NCBI GenBank assembly: GCA_046482825.1
Contig: JAWOEI010000109.1
Coordinates: forward strand, 1-61,535
Origin: Kiritimatiellia bacterium
Lineage (GTDB): Bacteria > Verrucomicrobiota > Kiritimatiellia > RFP12 > UBA1067
Direction of reading: 5' to 3'
DNA: 61,535 nucleotides
The notes beneath the pieces are model-generated. The model was not told where the DNA came from and made no database searches. It worked only from the letters and a program-made list of their open reading frames with translations. Positions 46,642 to 55,737 of this stretch are shown piece after piece. Position 1 is the first letter of the stretch, and each line of letters opens with the position of its first letter. Position numbers and translations under genes: made by a program.

Positions 46642-49600
46642 ATGCAAAATTATGATATCATTGTGTTGACGGCAGCCAATGAAGCGCAGGCCGGGGGCTA
46701 TAGAAAGCAGCTGAATTGGCGTAGAGAAAACGGACTTATTCCTGAGAATACCCGTTCTCTGGTTGTAGCTGATCCGGATGGCAGGCGTGTCGGTTCGCTG
46801 GGATCCACTTTTTTTGTTCTGTATGAACTGGCGGAATATCTTTTTAATATCCGTAAAGCATCCTCTTTTGAAGAGTTGTTCCGCGGGTGCCGTATTCTGA
46901 TCTGTCATTCCGGCGGCGATAGCCGTCGTACCCCTGCCTACGCAGCACAGGGAAAAGTTTTCACACCGGTTCCCGCTGTTGCAGAAAACGGGGCGCCGCT
47001 GGCACTCTTTGATCTTATCCTGAAGACTCTTGCCGAACTGCCTGCCCCTGAAGACGGTCATGTGCTTGTGACTTCCGGTGATGTGCTCCTTACGTTTGAT
47101 CATGCCTCTGTAGATTTTTCCCGGCCTGGGGTTACGGGTGTCGCCTATTTCGGTTCCTGTGAACGGGGTTCGCGACACGGCGTTTATGTTCCTTCCCGTT
47201 TCAAAGGCACATCCTCACGGACCGTGTGCTACCCTGTTGCTGATTTCCTTCAGAAGCCCGATCATGATCAGATGAGAACCGCCGGTGCGATAGACGCCTT
47301 CGGTCATGTGGCCATTGATACCGGATTAGTCAGTTTCGGCCCTGAAACCGTGCAGAAATTGATGGTTTTATGCGGCGTCAGACTCAGCAAATACAAGGTG
47401 ACGGTTGTCAACGGGATTCTGAACGATATTATCAGCGGCCAGGCACCGCAGATGGATATCTATGAAGAGTTGCTGATGGCACTTACACCGTCATTCAGTG
47501 AGGCTGGCTTTGTTGAAAACTTTGCCGGAAGATACCCCGGGACACAGCATAAGCGCCGTATGCGGAGATTCTACCGGGCTGTGCATGATGTTGATCTGAA
47601 TGTGAATATCCTGCCCTATTGTGAGTTTTTTCATATAGGCAGTAGCCGTGAACTCCTTTCAGGCTTTTCCGGTCTTTCCCGTACCGCCCGGGAATACGGT
47701 TTCTCAAACGGGAGCGGCTCTGCTCTGATGCATCCGGATGACAGTGAACGAGCCTTTGTCTTTAATTCATATCTTAATGTGCCTTTTTCTTCTGGACGTT
47801 CTCTGCTCGAGGCGGTGTATCTGGATGGAAAAAGTGAAATTGTTCTGGATGGCGACAACATTCTGACAGGCATTCCTGCTGAATGTAATGTGAATATTTC
47901 ACTGCCTGCCGGTATCGGCCTGGTTTGTCTGCCTGTCGGTAGAAAAAAATGGACCGCTTTGGCTTATGGAATACGGGACGATTTTAAAACACCTTTCAAA
48001 GACGGTAATGATTGTCTTTTCCTGAATAACCCCGTAAATGTCTGGATGAAAAAAAACAGCGTTCCTTCAGTAGAACTTTGGCGCGATAATGAAAATAACG
48101 GCATGTGGACTGCCAGACTCTGGCGTATGGGCGAACTTGACGATGTGCTGGCTGAAGCTGTGAAAATAGCTTCCGGTAAAGGGTTTAAGAGTTCATCCCG
48201 TGCCGGACGATACAGCATTTCCGAAATTCTTCCTAAAGTGAATCACAGCCGTCTGCTTGAAGTACGTCGTGCGATCCGGCGCAAAGTCGGATTGCTGAAT
48301 GTCCGCAATCGACTCAAGCAGAACAACTCGTTGCCTGCTCAGGTGATCTGCGATGATATCAGGAGCAGGGAGGATGCAAAGTGTGTTCTCAGACAGCTGG
48401 CCGATCTGATTGAATCTGCAACACCGGGGGAATACCTTTTCAAAGCGCGCGTTTTGAAAACGGCATCGATGATCTACCGTCTCTGGCCGGATGCAGGATG
48501 TGCGGTATGTAGTCAAGTCGCAGATTCAGAAGCTGCGGTGAAGGCTGCCTTTCAGCAGATTTCGCACTGCGTGGCTTTGAATTATCAGCCTCCGGATTTC
48601 AAGGGAAAGGCCGCTATTCTGCATGACCAGGTTGTCTGGGTGACAACTCCCGTCCGTATTGATTTTGCTGGCGGCTGGTCAGATACACCTCCCGTATGCA
48701 CAGAAAGGGGCGGTACTGTTTTAAATGCCGCCATAACCCTGAACGGACTCTACCCGGTTCAGGTTATGGCAAAACTGAATGAACGTAATACTATACGTCT
48801 TTCCAGTATTGACCTCGGCGAACGTCAGGAATTAACAAAAACCGCGCAGATCCTGGACCACCACGACCCCCGCGACTGGGCTGCATTGGCCAAAGCAGCC
48901 CTCATTCTTTCAGGCATAGTTCCTGATTCCACGCAAGTGTCGTTGAAAAAGAAATTGGAGATGTTCGGCGGCGGATTGGATTTGACAATATTTTCATCGC
49001 TGCCCAAGGGCTCCGGTATGGGGACCAGCTCTATACTCGGTTCTGCTGTTCTGGCCTGTCTGGATCGGGTGCTGGGTCTGCGGTTTTCCGCTGACCGCCT
49101 GATCTTCATGACATCAATGCTGGAGCAGCGTATGTCAACCGGTGGCGGCTGGCAGGATCAGGTCGGCGGAATTATGCCCGGAGTGAAACTTATCCGTACC
49201 GAACCTGGTGTTGCCCAGACCGTTAACCTGCGTTGGAGTGTTTTCGATTTGCACAGGGATAGTGATCTCAAAAAGCGGTGTCTGCTTTATTTTACCGGTC
49301 AGAAACGCATGGCCCGTAATCTGCTCCAGAACGTGGTCGGAGGATATCTGGCACGCGACCCGCTGATTTTAAAGACGCTGGATGAGTTGAAAATTTGCGC
49401 TCTTGATACAAAGGAAGCCCTGGATGCACAGGATATCGAAGGTTTCTGTCGCGGCGTCAACCGCTACTGGGAACTGAAAAAGCAGATTGATCCCGGATCC
49501 ACAAACGAACCGATTGAAAAACTGCTTGCGTTGGTGCAGGACGATTGTTCCGCCAGGCTCCTGCCCGGTGCCGGTGGCGGAGGGTTTATCTTTATCATTG

Positions 49601-49722
49601 CCAAGGATCTGGAAGCCGTCGTCCGTATAAAAGAGAAGTTTGCAAAACATCCTCCGAACAGACACGCCCGCTTTTTTGATTTTGACATCGATCAGCAGGG
49701 GTTGAAAGTGACTGTGCTTTAG
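46642..49722 (+). CDS. fkp: L-fucokinase, Fkp-like (fucokinase / possible fucose-1-phosphate guanylyltransferase fusion)
   Basis: 1026 aa. The N-terminal nucleotidyltransferase/fucokinase-type region includes 'YDIIVLTAANEAQAGGYRKQL' and 'HSGGDSRR'. The C-terminal GHMP kinase has 'LPKGSGMGTSSILGSAVLACL' and 'LPGAGGGGFIF'. Confidence 0.85.
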   Translation: MQNYDIIVLTAANEAQAGGYRKQLNWRRENGLIPENTRSLVVADPDGRRVGSLGSTFFVLYELAEYLFNIRKASSFEELFRGCRILICHSGGDSRRTPAYAAQGKVFTPVPAVAENGAPLALFDLILKTLAELPAPEDGHVLVTSGDVLLTFDHASVDFSRPGVTGVAYFGSCERGSRHGVYVPSRFKGTSSRTVCYPVADFLQKPDHDQMRTAGAIDAFGHVAIDTGLVSFGPETVQKLMVLCGVRLSKYKVTVVNGILNDIISGQAPQMDIYEELLMALTPSFSEAGFVENFAGRYPGTQHKRRMRRFYRAVHDVDLNVNILPYCEFFHIGSSRELLSGFSGLSRTAREYGFSNGSGSALMHPDDSERAFVFNSYLNVPFSSGRSLLEAVYLDGKSEIVLDGDNILTGIPAECNVNISLPAGIGLVCLPVGRKKWTALAYGIRDDFKTPFKDGNDCLFLNNPVNVWMKKNSVPSVELWRDNENNGMWTARLWRMGELDDVLAEAVKIASGKGFKSSSRAGRYSISEILPKVNHSRLLEVRRAIRRKVGLLNVRNRLKQNNSLPAQVICDDIRSREDAKCVLRQLADLIESATPGEYLFKARVLKTASMIYRLWPDAGCAVCSQVADSEAAVKAAFQQISHCVALNYQPPDFKGKAAILHDQVVWVTTPVRIDFAGGWSDTPPVCTERGGTVLNAAITLNGLYPVQVMAKLNERNTIRLSSIDLGERQELTKTAQILDHHDPRDWAALAKAALILSGIVPDSTQVSLKKKLEMFGGGLDLTIFSSLPKGSGMGTSSILGSAVLACLDRVLGLRFSADRLIFMTSMLEQRMSTGGGWQDQVGGIMPGVKLIRTEPGVAQTVNLRWSVFDLHRDSDLKKRCLLYFTGQKRMARNLLQNVVGGYLARDPLILKTLDELKICALDTKEALDAQDIEGFCRGVNRYWELKKQIDPGSTNEPIEKLLALVQDDCSARLLPGAGGGGFIFIIAKDLEAVVRIKEKFAKHPPNRHARFFDFDIDQQGLKVTVL

Positions 49723-50028
49723 AAAAAATAATACCTGTCCCTAATTTTCACTACTTTCCTTTTCCCGCGAATCTCCGCCAATCTCTGTTGCGGCAGAAAT
49801 TTTTTTAACGCTAATCGCTAAAAATTCCTGTCGCTAAGGCTTTTCCAGTAATCTCAAACGTATTAAATTTTAAGTGATTAACGGCCCCGCGCAGCGGGGA
49901 TAAAATTTAATGCGCCTTTCGCGAAGATTAGCGGGCCAAAAACCTGGAAACACATTAAAGCCTGTCACTATTTCTTCGGATCGGACGACTGCGCAGCTGT
50001 AGGCCGGGTCCCCGACCCGGCGCACCAA
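49723..50028 (+). repeat. Mosaic intergenic element, copy C (starts immediately after the fkp stop codon)
   Basis: Same architecture as copies A and B. Nested stems: cgctaatc (49809-49816) / gattagcg (49926-49933), attaaatttta (49862-49872) / taaaatttaat (49901-49911), and ccccgc-gca-gcgggg (49885-49899). The REP lies at 49994-50024. Confidence 0.9.
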
Positions 50029-50206
50029 CTGAAAACAAAACAAAGCCATGTAAAAACGCAGACAAATGTAATGAACATGTGTAGGATTGGTTGAGATCCG
50101 CCGCGGGCTTTGAAATGCGCAGACCCCGTCGGCGCTTATAGTTGAACTTTTGTAGAACAACAAAGCGGAAACCCGGCCTGCAGTTGCGGAGCTTGCCCGC
50201 AATAAG

Positions 50207-53200
50207 TTATAGGATCAGAATTACTGTACCGCTGTTATCGCGCAGAACCTCAAGCATCCCCTCGCCGGAAAAGTAAATGTCGTTTATGTTATTCGCTCCG
50301 CTTCCTGTGGCGCCGTAGGTGCCTTTTGACTTCTGTTCTCCATCCAGAAAAAGATATTTCACCTTTTCAGTCAGACCAGCGTTGATCTCGACATAACCTG
50401 ATTCATCGATATGAAGTTCGGCGTTGTCCGAAACAGCAGCATCGTTCTCGAGTACTATTGAACCGGTTCCGCTCACAACAACGTTGGTGCTGTTGTCTCC
50501 GAATGTTCCCAGGTTGGATGCCTTCAATGTTCCGTTGCTGACAATGAAACTGCCCGCTGTGGATGTGAAGGCATTGGTCAGTGTAAGCGTGCCCGTTCCC
50601 AGTTTCAAAACACTGAGTTCTCCATGGAACTGCCCGTTGAAGCTGGTGTTATCATCCTGGGCGATGGTCAGCAGGGCTGGCGTCGGACTGGTGATCCGAC
50701 GGGAGCCTGTTTTGTGCGTTAAGTCATCCAGTTTCCCGATTGTCTGGTCGTTGCCGTTTAGGTCAAGAATGCCGTATGGAGCGAAACTGACACCGACACG
50801 CAACGATGATGAGGGAGGCAGAACATCAGGATAACTGCAGCGCAGTGTGCCGCCTGCTACCATTGTGTCAGACCAGGTGTTGTTTGTAACAGCAAGAACG
50901 GTCAAACCTCCGGTATCTGTCCAGAAAGTGCACCCTGCAAGATTCAGTGGTTTGTCTGTGAATGTAATTGTTTGTCTTGCATTAATCACAAAATAATGAT
51001 TGGAAGTGACCGCTGTGATACCTCCGCTGAAAACAAGGTCTGCGTCAATTGCTTTTATTCTGACCTGATCTTCACAGGTGACCGGGCCGCTGATGGTGTT
51101 GATGCCGTCGCCTTTCGATATCAACGTTCCCGCATTGTTGAGCTCCCCGTGAAGGTAGAGGGGCTCTTCTATGTTCACGCCATTGGAAACGCTCAGTCGT
51201 GCTCCGCTATAACCGTTGATAACAGTGTGGCCGTTAGTGCTGCCAAAGGCATGTGAATCCGTAACATCAATATCTCCCCCGTTACCGGTGAATACGCCGT
51301 CAAAGGAATTGCTCGCTGTCAGTTTCAGGTCGCCCGTGCCTTCCTTAGTTATGTTGCAGGGAAGGAACCCGTCATCCAGTTTACCGTCAATAACTAACAG
51401 GGTGGAAGCAGATCCATTCTCAACATTCCATGTCTGACTCTCGTACAGGACCATGTCTTCCTCAATGGTGTAAGTGTGGGCGCTTGTGCTTGGAGTCTGT
51501 GCGCTGATGCCTCCGACACCGTTTGTGATTATTCCGTTCCCTGTGGCTAATGTGAAATTGTTGTCGCGGTTGAACGTGATTTTATAGAGATTCATGGTAG
51601 AGTCAATGGTTGCTGTGTCGCCGTCCGTCGCAAAAATCAGATTGGCGGCGCCGCTGTCTGTCGGAACAGCATCATCCACCCAGTTTTCGGGCGTGCTGAC
51701 AAATGTGTCGGATCCTTCCGCATCCCATGTGGTGTCGACAGGCGTGATAGGCGGATTGCTTTCCACAAAAAGCATTTCCGTGCCGGAGAAGAAGGTATCG
51801 TTAATAAACATTGCGCCGCTGCCGGTTGCACCGTAATAACCGCGTTCCTGCTGTATCCCGTTGATAAACAGCTTGTCAACAGTTTCTGTTGTGCCGCCGC
51901 CAAGTGTAATTTCTCCGCCGTTACCTATATAAAGGGCTGTTGTATCAGTAATGGCATCAGGTGTTGAAAGATTCAGAGAACCGTCAACAACTGTTATGCC
52001 TGAACTGCTGTCAAGGGCAGCTCCCGAAGTCACATTCAGAGACGCGTTGCTGACGGAAATATCGCCGCTGTCAAGAACTGCTCCTGATGCGACAGCCAGT
52101 GTGCCGTTATTTACAGCAATATCACCGGTTGTCGAGCTTTGCCGTTCGGTTAGAGTCAATGTGCCGCTTCCGAGTTTGATCAGGGAGATTGCTTCGCTCA
52201 GTTTGCCGTCAAATACAGTGTTGCCGGATTGGTTCACTGTCAGGGTTGCCGCGTCTGATGATGTCAGGGTGTTGACGAGAACTGTACCTTCTTCACCCGT
52301 TAGACTGGCAATTGTCTGATGGTTTCCGTTCAGGGCAAGGATGCCGCCCTTTTCTGAAAACAAGACGTTAACATCTGCATCAAGCGCAACTGAAGTGCCG
52401 AGTTTTATTACGCCGTAATTAATGGTCAGATTACCGGTGAAGGTGTTTTCCCCGCCCAGAGTCCATGTGCCTGCGTCAAGTTTAATAATAGCATCTGATG
52501 CCCCTTCGGAAATCACGCCGTTGATTGTACCTGTTCCGCCGCCTCGCAGATAAAGGGTGTATGTGTTCAGATCGATGTTGCCGTTGAGGGTGACATTATC
52601 ATTGTAGTCTGTCGGTTTGCCCACAAAAACCGGGGAGTTTTTTATCAGCACGATTTTGTTGGTATGTGTGGTGGTACTCAGAAACATCAAGCCGCCCGGA
52701 TGGTCGAGAGAAGAGGAAATACTTCCTCCATCCAGTGTTAACGTGCCTGTTCCCATAGCTCCGGATTTGGGGACATAGATTCTTCTCCAGTCTCCGTTAG
52801 AGGCTTGGACGGTGAGTCCGCCTGCAAAAGTGTTGTACGCGTGGTTAAGATAGAGTCCGCCGAAGTTGTCTGTTTTGACAATGCCGCCGTCCCCGGAAAT
52901 CAGGCCGTCCATGTAGAGGTTATAGGTGTCCACTTTCAAAGTGAATGTAATGCCCGCAGGAATATGTATATCGTTGCCCAGATGACAGGTTGCTTGGCGT
53001 GAAAAGTAGATGCGCGGCTGGGTTGTACCGTTGACAGCTACCTGTATCTGTTGGCCGTCAAGAGTGAAAGCAGTGTGAGGATCAGCCGCATAGTGGCGGT
53101 ATATGAGCTGGTTCAGGATAAATGGATCCGCTATATCCTGCACCGGTGTAAGCCGTGTGGCACCGGCCAGTTCTATGGTTGTATCCGAGGCGCTTACCGG

Positions 53201-53338
53201 AGCGCCGCTGGGATTCCAGTTGTCGGCTGTGCTCCAGTTGTCATCAGTTCCGCCGCCATCCCAGATGTAGGAGTCGGCTGTGGCAGTTGATGTAAGCAGA
53301 GAAACAATACACAATAATAACACACGATTTGTTTTCAT
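50207..53338 (-). CDS. Large secreted beta-helical adhesin-like protein (autotransporter-associated beta-strand repeats)
   Basis: 1043 aa. Signal peptide, 'YIWDGGGTDDNWSTADNWNP', and repeated 'GSGTLTLT/GTGTLTLTN' and 'LNGNxQTI' units. I see no C-terminal barrel or PEP-CTERM motif. Confidence 0.85.
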   Translation of the reverse strand: MKTNRVLLLCIVSLLTSTATADSYIWDGGGTDDNWSTADNWNPSGAPVSASDTTIELAGATRLTPVQDIADPFILNQLIYRHYAADPHTAFTLDGQQIQVAVNGTTQPRIYFSRQATCHLGNDIHIPAGITFTLKVDTYNLYMDGLISGDGGIVKTDNFGGLYLNHAYNTFAGGLTVQASNGDWRRIYVPKSGAMGTGTLTLDGGSISSSLDHPGGLMFLSTTTHTNKIVLIKNSPVFVGKPTDYNDNVTLNGNIDLNTYTLYLRGGGTGTINGVISEGASDAIIKLDAGTWTLGGENTFTGNLTINYGVIKLGTSVALDADVNVLFSEKGGILALNGNHQTIASLTGEEGTVLVNTLTSSDAATLTVNQSGNTVFDGKLSEAISLIKLGSGTLTLTERQSSTTGDIAVNNGTLAVASGAVLDSGDISVSNASLNVTSGAALDSSSGITVVDGSLNLSTPDAITDTTALYIGNGGEITLGGGTTETVDKLFINGIQQERGYYGATGSGAMFINDTFFSGTEMLFVESNPPITPVDTTWDAEGSDTFVSTPENWVDDAVPTDSGAANLIFATDGDTATIDSTMNLYKITFNRDNNFTLATGNGIITNGVGGISAQTPSTSAHTYTIEEDMVLYESQTWNVENGSASTLLVIDGKLDDGFLPCNITKEGTGDLKLTASNSFDGVFTGNGGDIDVTDSHAFGSTNGHTVINGYSGARLSVSNGVNIEEPLYLHGELNNAGTLISKGDGINTISGPVTCEDQVRIKAIDADLVFSGGITAVTSNHYFVINARQTITFTDKPLNLAGCTFWTDTGGLTVLAVTNNTWSDTMVAGGTLRCSYPDVLPPSSSLRVGVSFAPYGILDLNGNDQTIGKLDDLTHKTGSRRITSPTPALLTIAQDDNTSFNGQFHGELSVLKLGTGTLTLTNAFTSTAGSFIVSNGTLKASNLGTFGDNSTNVVVSGTGSIVLENDAAVSDNAELHIDESGYVEINAGLTEKVKYLFLDGEQKSKGTYGATGSGANNINDIYFSGEGMLEVLRDNSGTVILIL

Positions 53339-53435
53339 AACACTTATTCCCGTTTATTTATTGAATAATTAGCATCCCAATAAGGATGTTGGAACTTAAT
53401 TAAATTCCACCTTTCAATCTATTATGGGGGGGGGG

Positions 53436-53445
53436 ACGTGAAAAT
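53436..53445. repeat. G10 homopolymer (C10 on the coding strand), 98-107 nt upstream of the adhesin ATG
   Basis: Read directly: 'ctattatg' followed by ten G, then 'acgtg'. It lies inside the 234-nt gap between the 137-aa gene and the adhesin gene. Confidence 0.95.
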
Positions 53446-53572
53446 GTCAAGCCTGCGATTTTTCGATAAAGACGTGCTATGATAAGGCAACCCTGAATTT
53501 ATGCAGCCCGATAGTCTGCATCCTGCTTGTCAGGTTGTATCCGAGGCGAAGACTAATGTGATGCTGATCTAT

Positions 53573-53986
53573 TTAAAAATGCTTTCTTACATTCAGAATA
53601 CAGCATACAATAAACAGAAGAAAAACACCTATGAAACGATACTTGCGGAAAGTTTTTGATTCAGTCTGTTTCTTCTTCTTATTACCGGCCTTCTTGTTTA
53701 TGGAAGCGGATGTCAGTTTATTAAGGTCTTCGTCGGTTTTATCGCTGTTGATCCAGAGCGGGATATTCTCCGGTGAAATGGTTCTGATCTTTTCAGCCCG
53801 TATCCGGGCCGCCTTCAGGCGGGCAGCTTTTTTTTCCAGTAATGACTGGGCATTCCTTCGACGCTGCTCCACGTTCAATTCGCTTGGTCCGGTTATCCCT
53901 GATTCAACAGAATCATCAACAATTGCCTGTGCCGTACTAAACAGTATAAAAAATTCGATAACGACTAAAATTTGCTGTTTTTTCAT
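53573..53986 (-). CDS. Small bitopic protein (signal peptide + coiled segment + C-terminal TM), unknown function
   Basis: 137 aa. N-terminal 'ILVVIEFFILFSTAQA', a K/R-rich middle, and C-terminal TM 'FIGVFLLFIVCCIL'. The ATG directly abuts the stop of the 580-aa gene. Confidence 0.5.
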   Translation of the reverse strand: MKKQQILVVIEFFILFSTAQAIVDDSVESGITGPSELNVEQRRRNAQSLLEKKAARLKAARIRAEKIRTISPENIPLWINSDKTDEDLNKLTSASINKKAGNKKKKQTESKTFRKYRFIGVFLLFIVCCILNVRKHF

Positions 53987-55729
53987 TTAACTTGCTTCTC
54001 TCCAGCCTATAACACGCGGTGTGCCTATGGTTAACGGCATAAAAATAAAGGTGTTCATGCCGTCCGGGCTTTTTGAGCCAAGGCGTATATCCCAGTTTAT
54101 TCTCACTGATTTTGTGTAAATGCAGCCGTCATCGCGGCAAACAAATCCGCCGTTAAACTTGCATGCCCCGACCATACCCATAAGAGCATGATTATTGAAA
54201 AGGACGGCATCTATGTTTGACAGGTAGCCGCTTTGGCTTAATTCCGAGATTTTGTGATTCCCTACTGTGCTTTCATAATATCTGCGGTCCTCAGTGCCTG
54301 AAGGAACATATTCCTTTTTTTCCCAATCCCATCTGTAATTTATTTTTTCTCCGCCATCTCTAGCTGTGTAATCACCATTGAAATAATCCCCGTACCCAAT
54401 GGAAGCATCTGTCGGATCGCATTCGTAGCCATTGACAAAAGGAGGCTTGATGTTTCTTCCGACAGAAGACAGCCAATTATGAGATGTGTAATCGCCCAGA
54501 ACAACATTGCCTTTGGCTATTAATCCGAGCATGTCCTTTGATTGATTCTTTTTTGTTGTTTTGTCCGGGGAATTGTCAGGCTTGGGCCATACAGGTGGAT
54601 TTGCGTAATTGACGTCTCCGACAATATGGATGTTTCTTCCCGCATATATAGTGCCCTGTCCTGTAACTGTTCCTTTTATGATAACATCACCGTTGACGAC
54701 TACGGGGCCGTCAATAATTATAGGTTTTTCTGTGCCGTCCAGGATAATACTTCCCGTATCATCCGCATTCTCTATTCCTGAAGGTCCGGGGCCGTCATAA
54801 CAACCATTAACCAGCGTTCTCCCCTGTTGTTTAATTGTTCCGTTGAGAATTCCGGCGATATTGCGATACCCCTCCAGATCCCCGAGGAAGGGCATTTCCA
54901 AATGTTCCTGATAGGAATACAAACCGTTGCGTGCTTCGTATCCCATCGAATACGGCTCTGTGGATGAACTGGATGTCGGGCTGGTTGGACGTGCGGCTCT
55001 TTCGTTATCATGCCAATATTCTGTCTGTTGCATATGACGGGTAGTGTTCCCTCCGTCAACAGTAATTTTTCCGGCAGCACCGATGGCGGGATTAGCTGCA
55101 GCATAGGCGAATCCGTTAATAATGGCGCTCCGGTCCAGTGTCATGTTTCCGTTTGCACGAATGTCCCCGTTTGCTGAACAGCCGTTCCCCATAAAATAAC
55201 CATAGTTGTTGACAAAATAAGCATAATCAAAAACCCGTGAGCGTTTCATTGCATACTGAACAGTTTCTTCTATGGTTCTCGAACATGTCATGCCCCCGGG
55301 TGATGTGGCAGTGCCCGTTGATTGAAAAGTGATGTCAGTAAATTGACGTGCCTCAGAGGCGGGGGATCTCTGAACGTCTGTAATAATCACAGAGACATTA
55401 CAATCGTCGATAACTGTGTCCTGCATTAAATCATAGCTGTATGCACCGGAACCGATGCTTGTAGAACTATAGCTGTCGAACCATGACAAAAGCTGCCAGG
55501 ATGATGGATTTATTTGATTGTATTTTTTAAATTCATCCAATATTTCGATTTTGGTCTGCTCCAGCCCTGACTGTGCACTCAGGCGGCACTTAGAAGCAGT
55601 AAGATATTGTCCCGCCGCTCGTGTGGCATATATGCTGTAGGAAAAAACGGCACCTGAAATTATTGCCACAACAGCGGTTGTCACAAGTACCAGTGGTAAT
55701 ACGAATCCGGTTTCTGAATGGTTTCTCAT
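53987..55729 (-). CDS. GspK/PilX-like large minor pseudopilin
   Basis: 580 aa. The N-terminus 'ETGFVLPLVLVTTAVVAIISGAVF' is a pilin-like hydrophobic helix without Glu+5. The large C-terminal part includes beta-helix-like 'VVNGDVIIKGTVTGQGTIYAGRNIHIVGDVNY'. Confidence 0.6.
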   Translation of the reverse strand: MRNHSETGFVLPLVLVTTAVVAIISGAVFSYSIYATRAAGQYLTASKCRLSAQSGLEQTKIEILDEFKKYNQINPSSWQLLSWFDSYSSTSIGSGAYSYDLMQDTVIDDCNVSVIITDVQRSPASEARQFTDITFQSTGTATSPGGMTCSRTIEETVQYAMKRSRVFDYAYFVNNYGYFMGNGCSANGDIRANGNMTLDRSAIINGFAYAAANPAIGAAGKITVDGGNTTRHMQQTEYWHDNERAARPTSPTSSSSTEPYSMGYEARNGLYSYQEHLEMPFLGDLEGYRNIAGILNGTIKQQGRTLVNGCYDGPGPSGIENADDTGSIILDGTEKPIIIDGPVVVNGDVIIKGTVTGQGTIYAGRNIHIVGDVNYANPPVWPKPDNSPDKTTKKNQSKDMLGLIAKGNVVLGDYTSHNWLSSVGRNIKPPFVNGYECDPTDASIGYGDYFNGDYTARDGGEKINYRWDWEKKEYVPSGTEDRRYYESTVGNHKISELSQSGYLSNIDAVLFNNHALMGMVGACKFNGGFVCRDDGCIYTKSVRINWDIRLGSKSPDGMNTFIFMPLTIGTPRVIGWREAS

Positions 55730-55737
55730 AGCATCTC

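Noticed and set aside
49723-50028. Short conserved-looking frame inside the 310-bp element (MRLSRRLAGQKPVNTLKPVT...).
   Set aside because: The differences between copies are non-synonymous, and copy A shifts frame. There is no SD. The nucleotide-level hairpin structure explains the conservation better.
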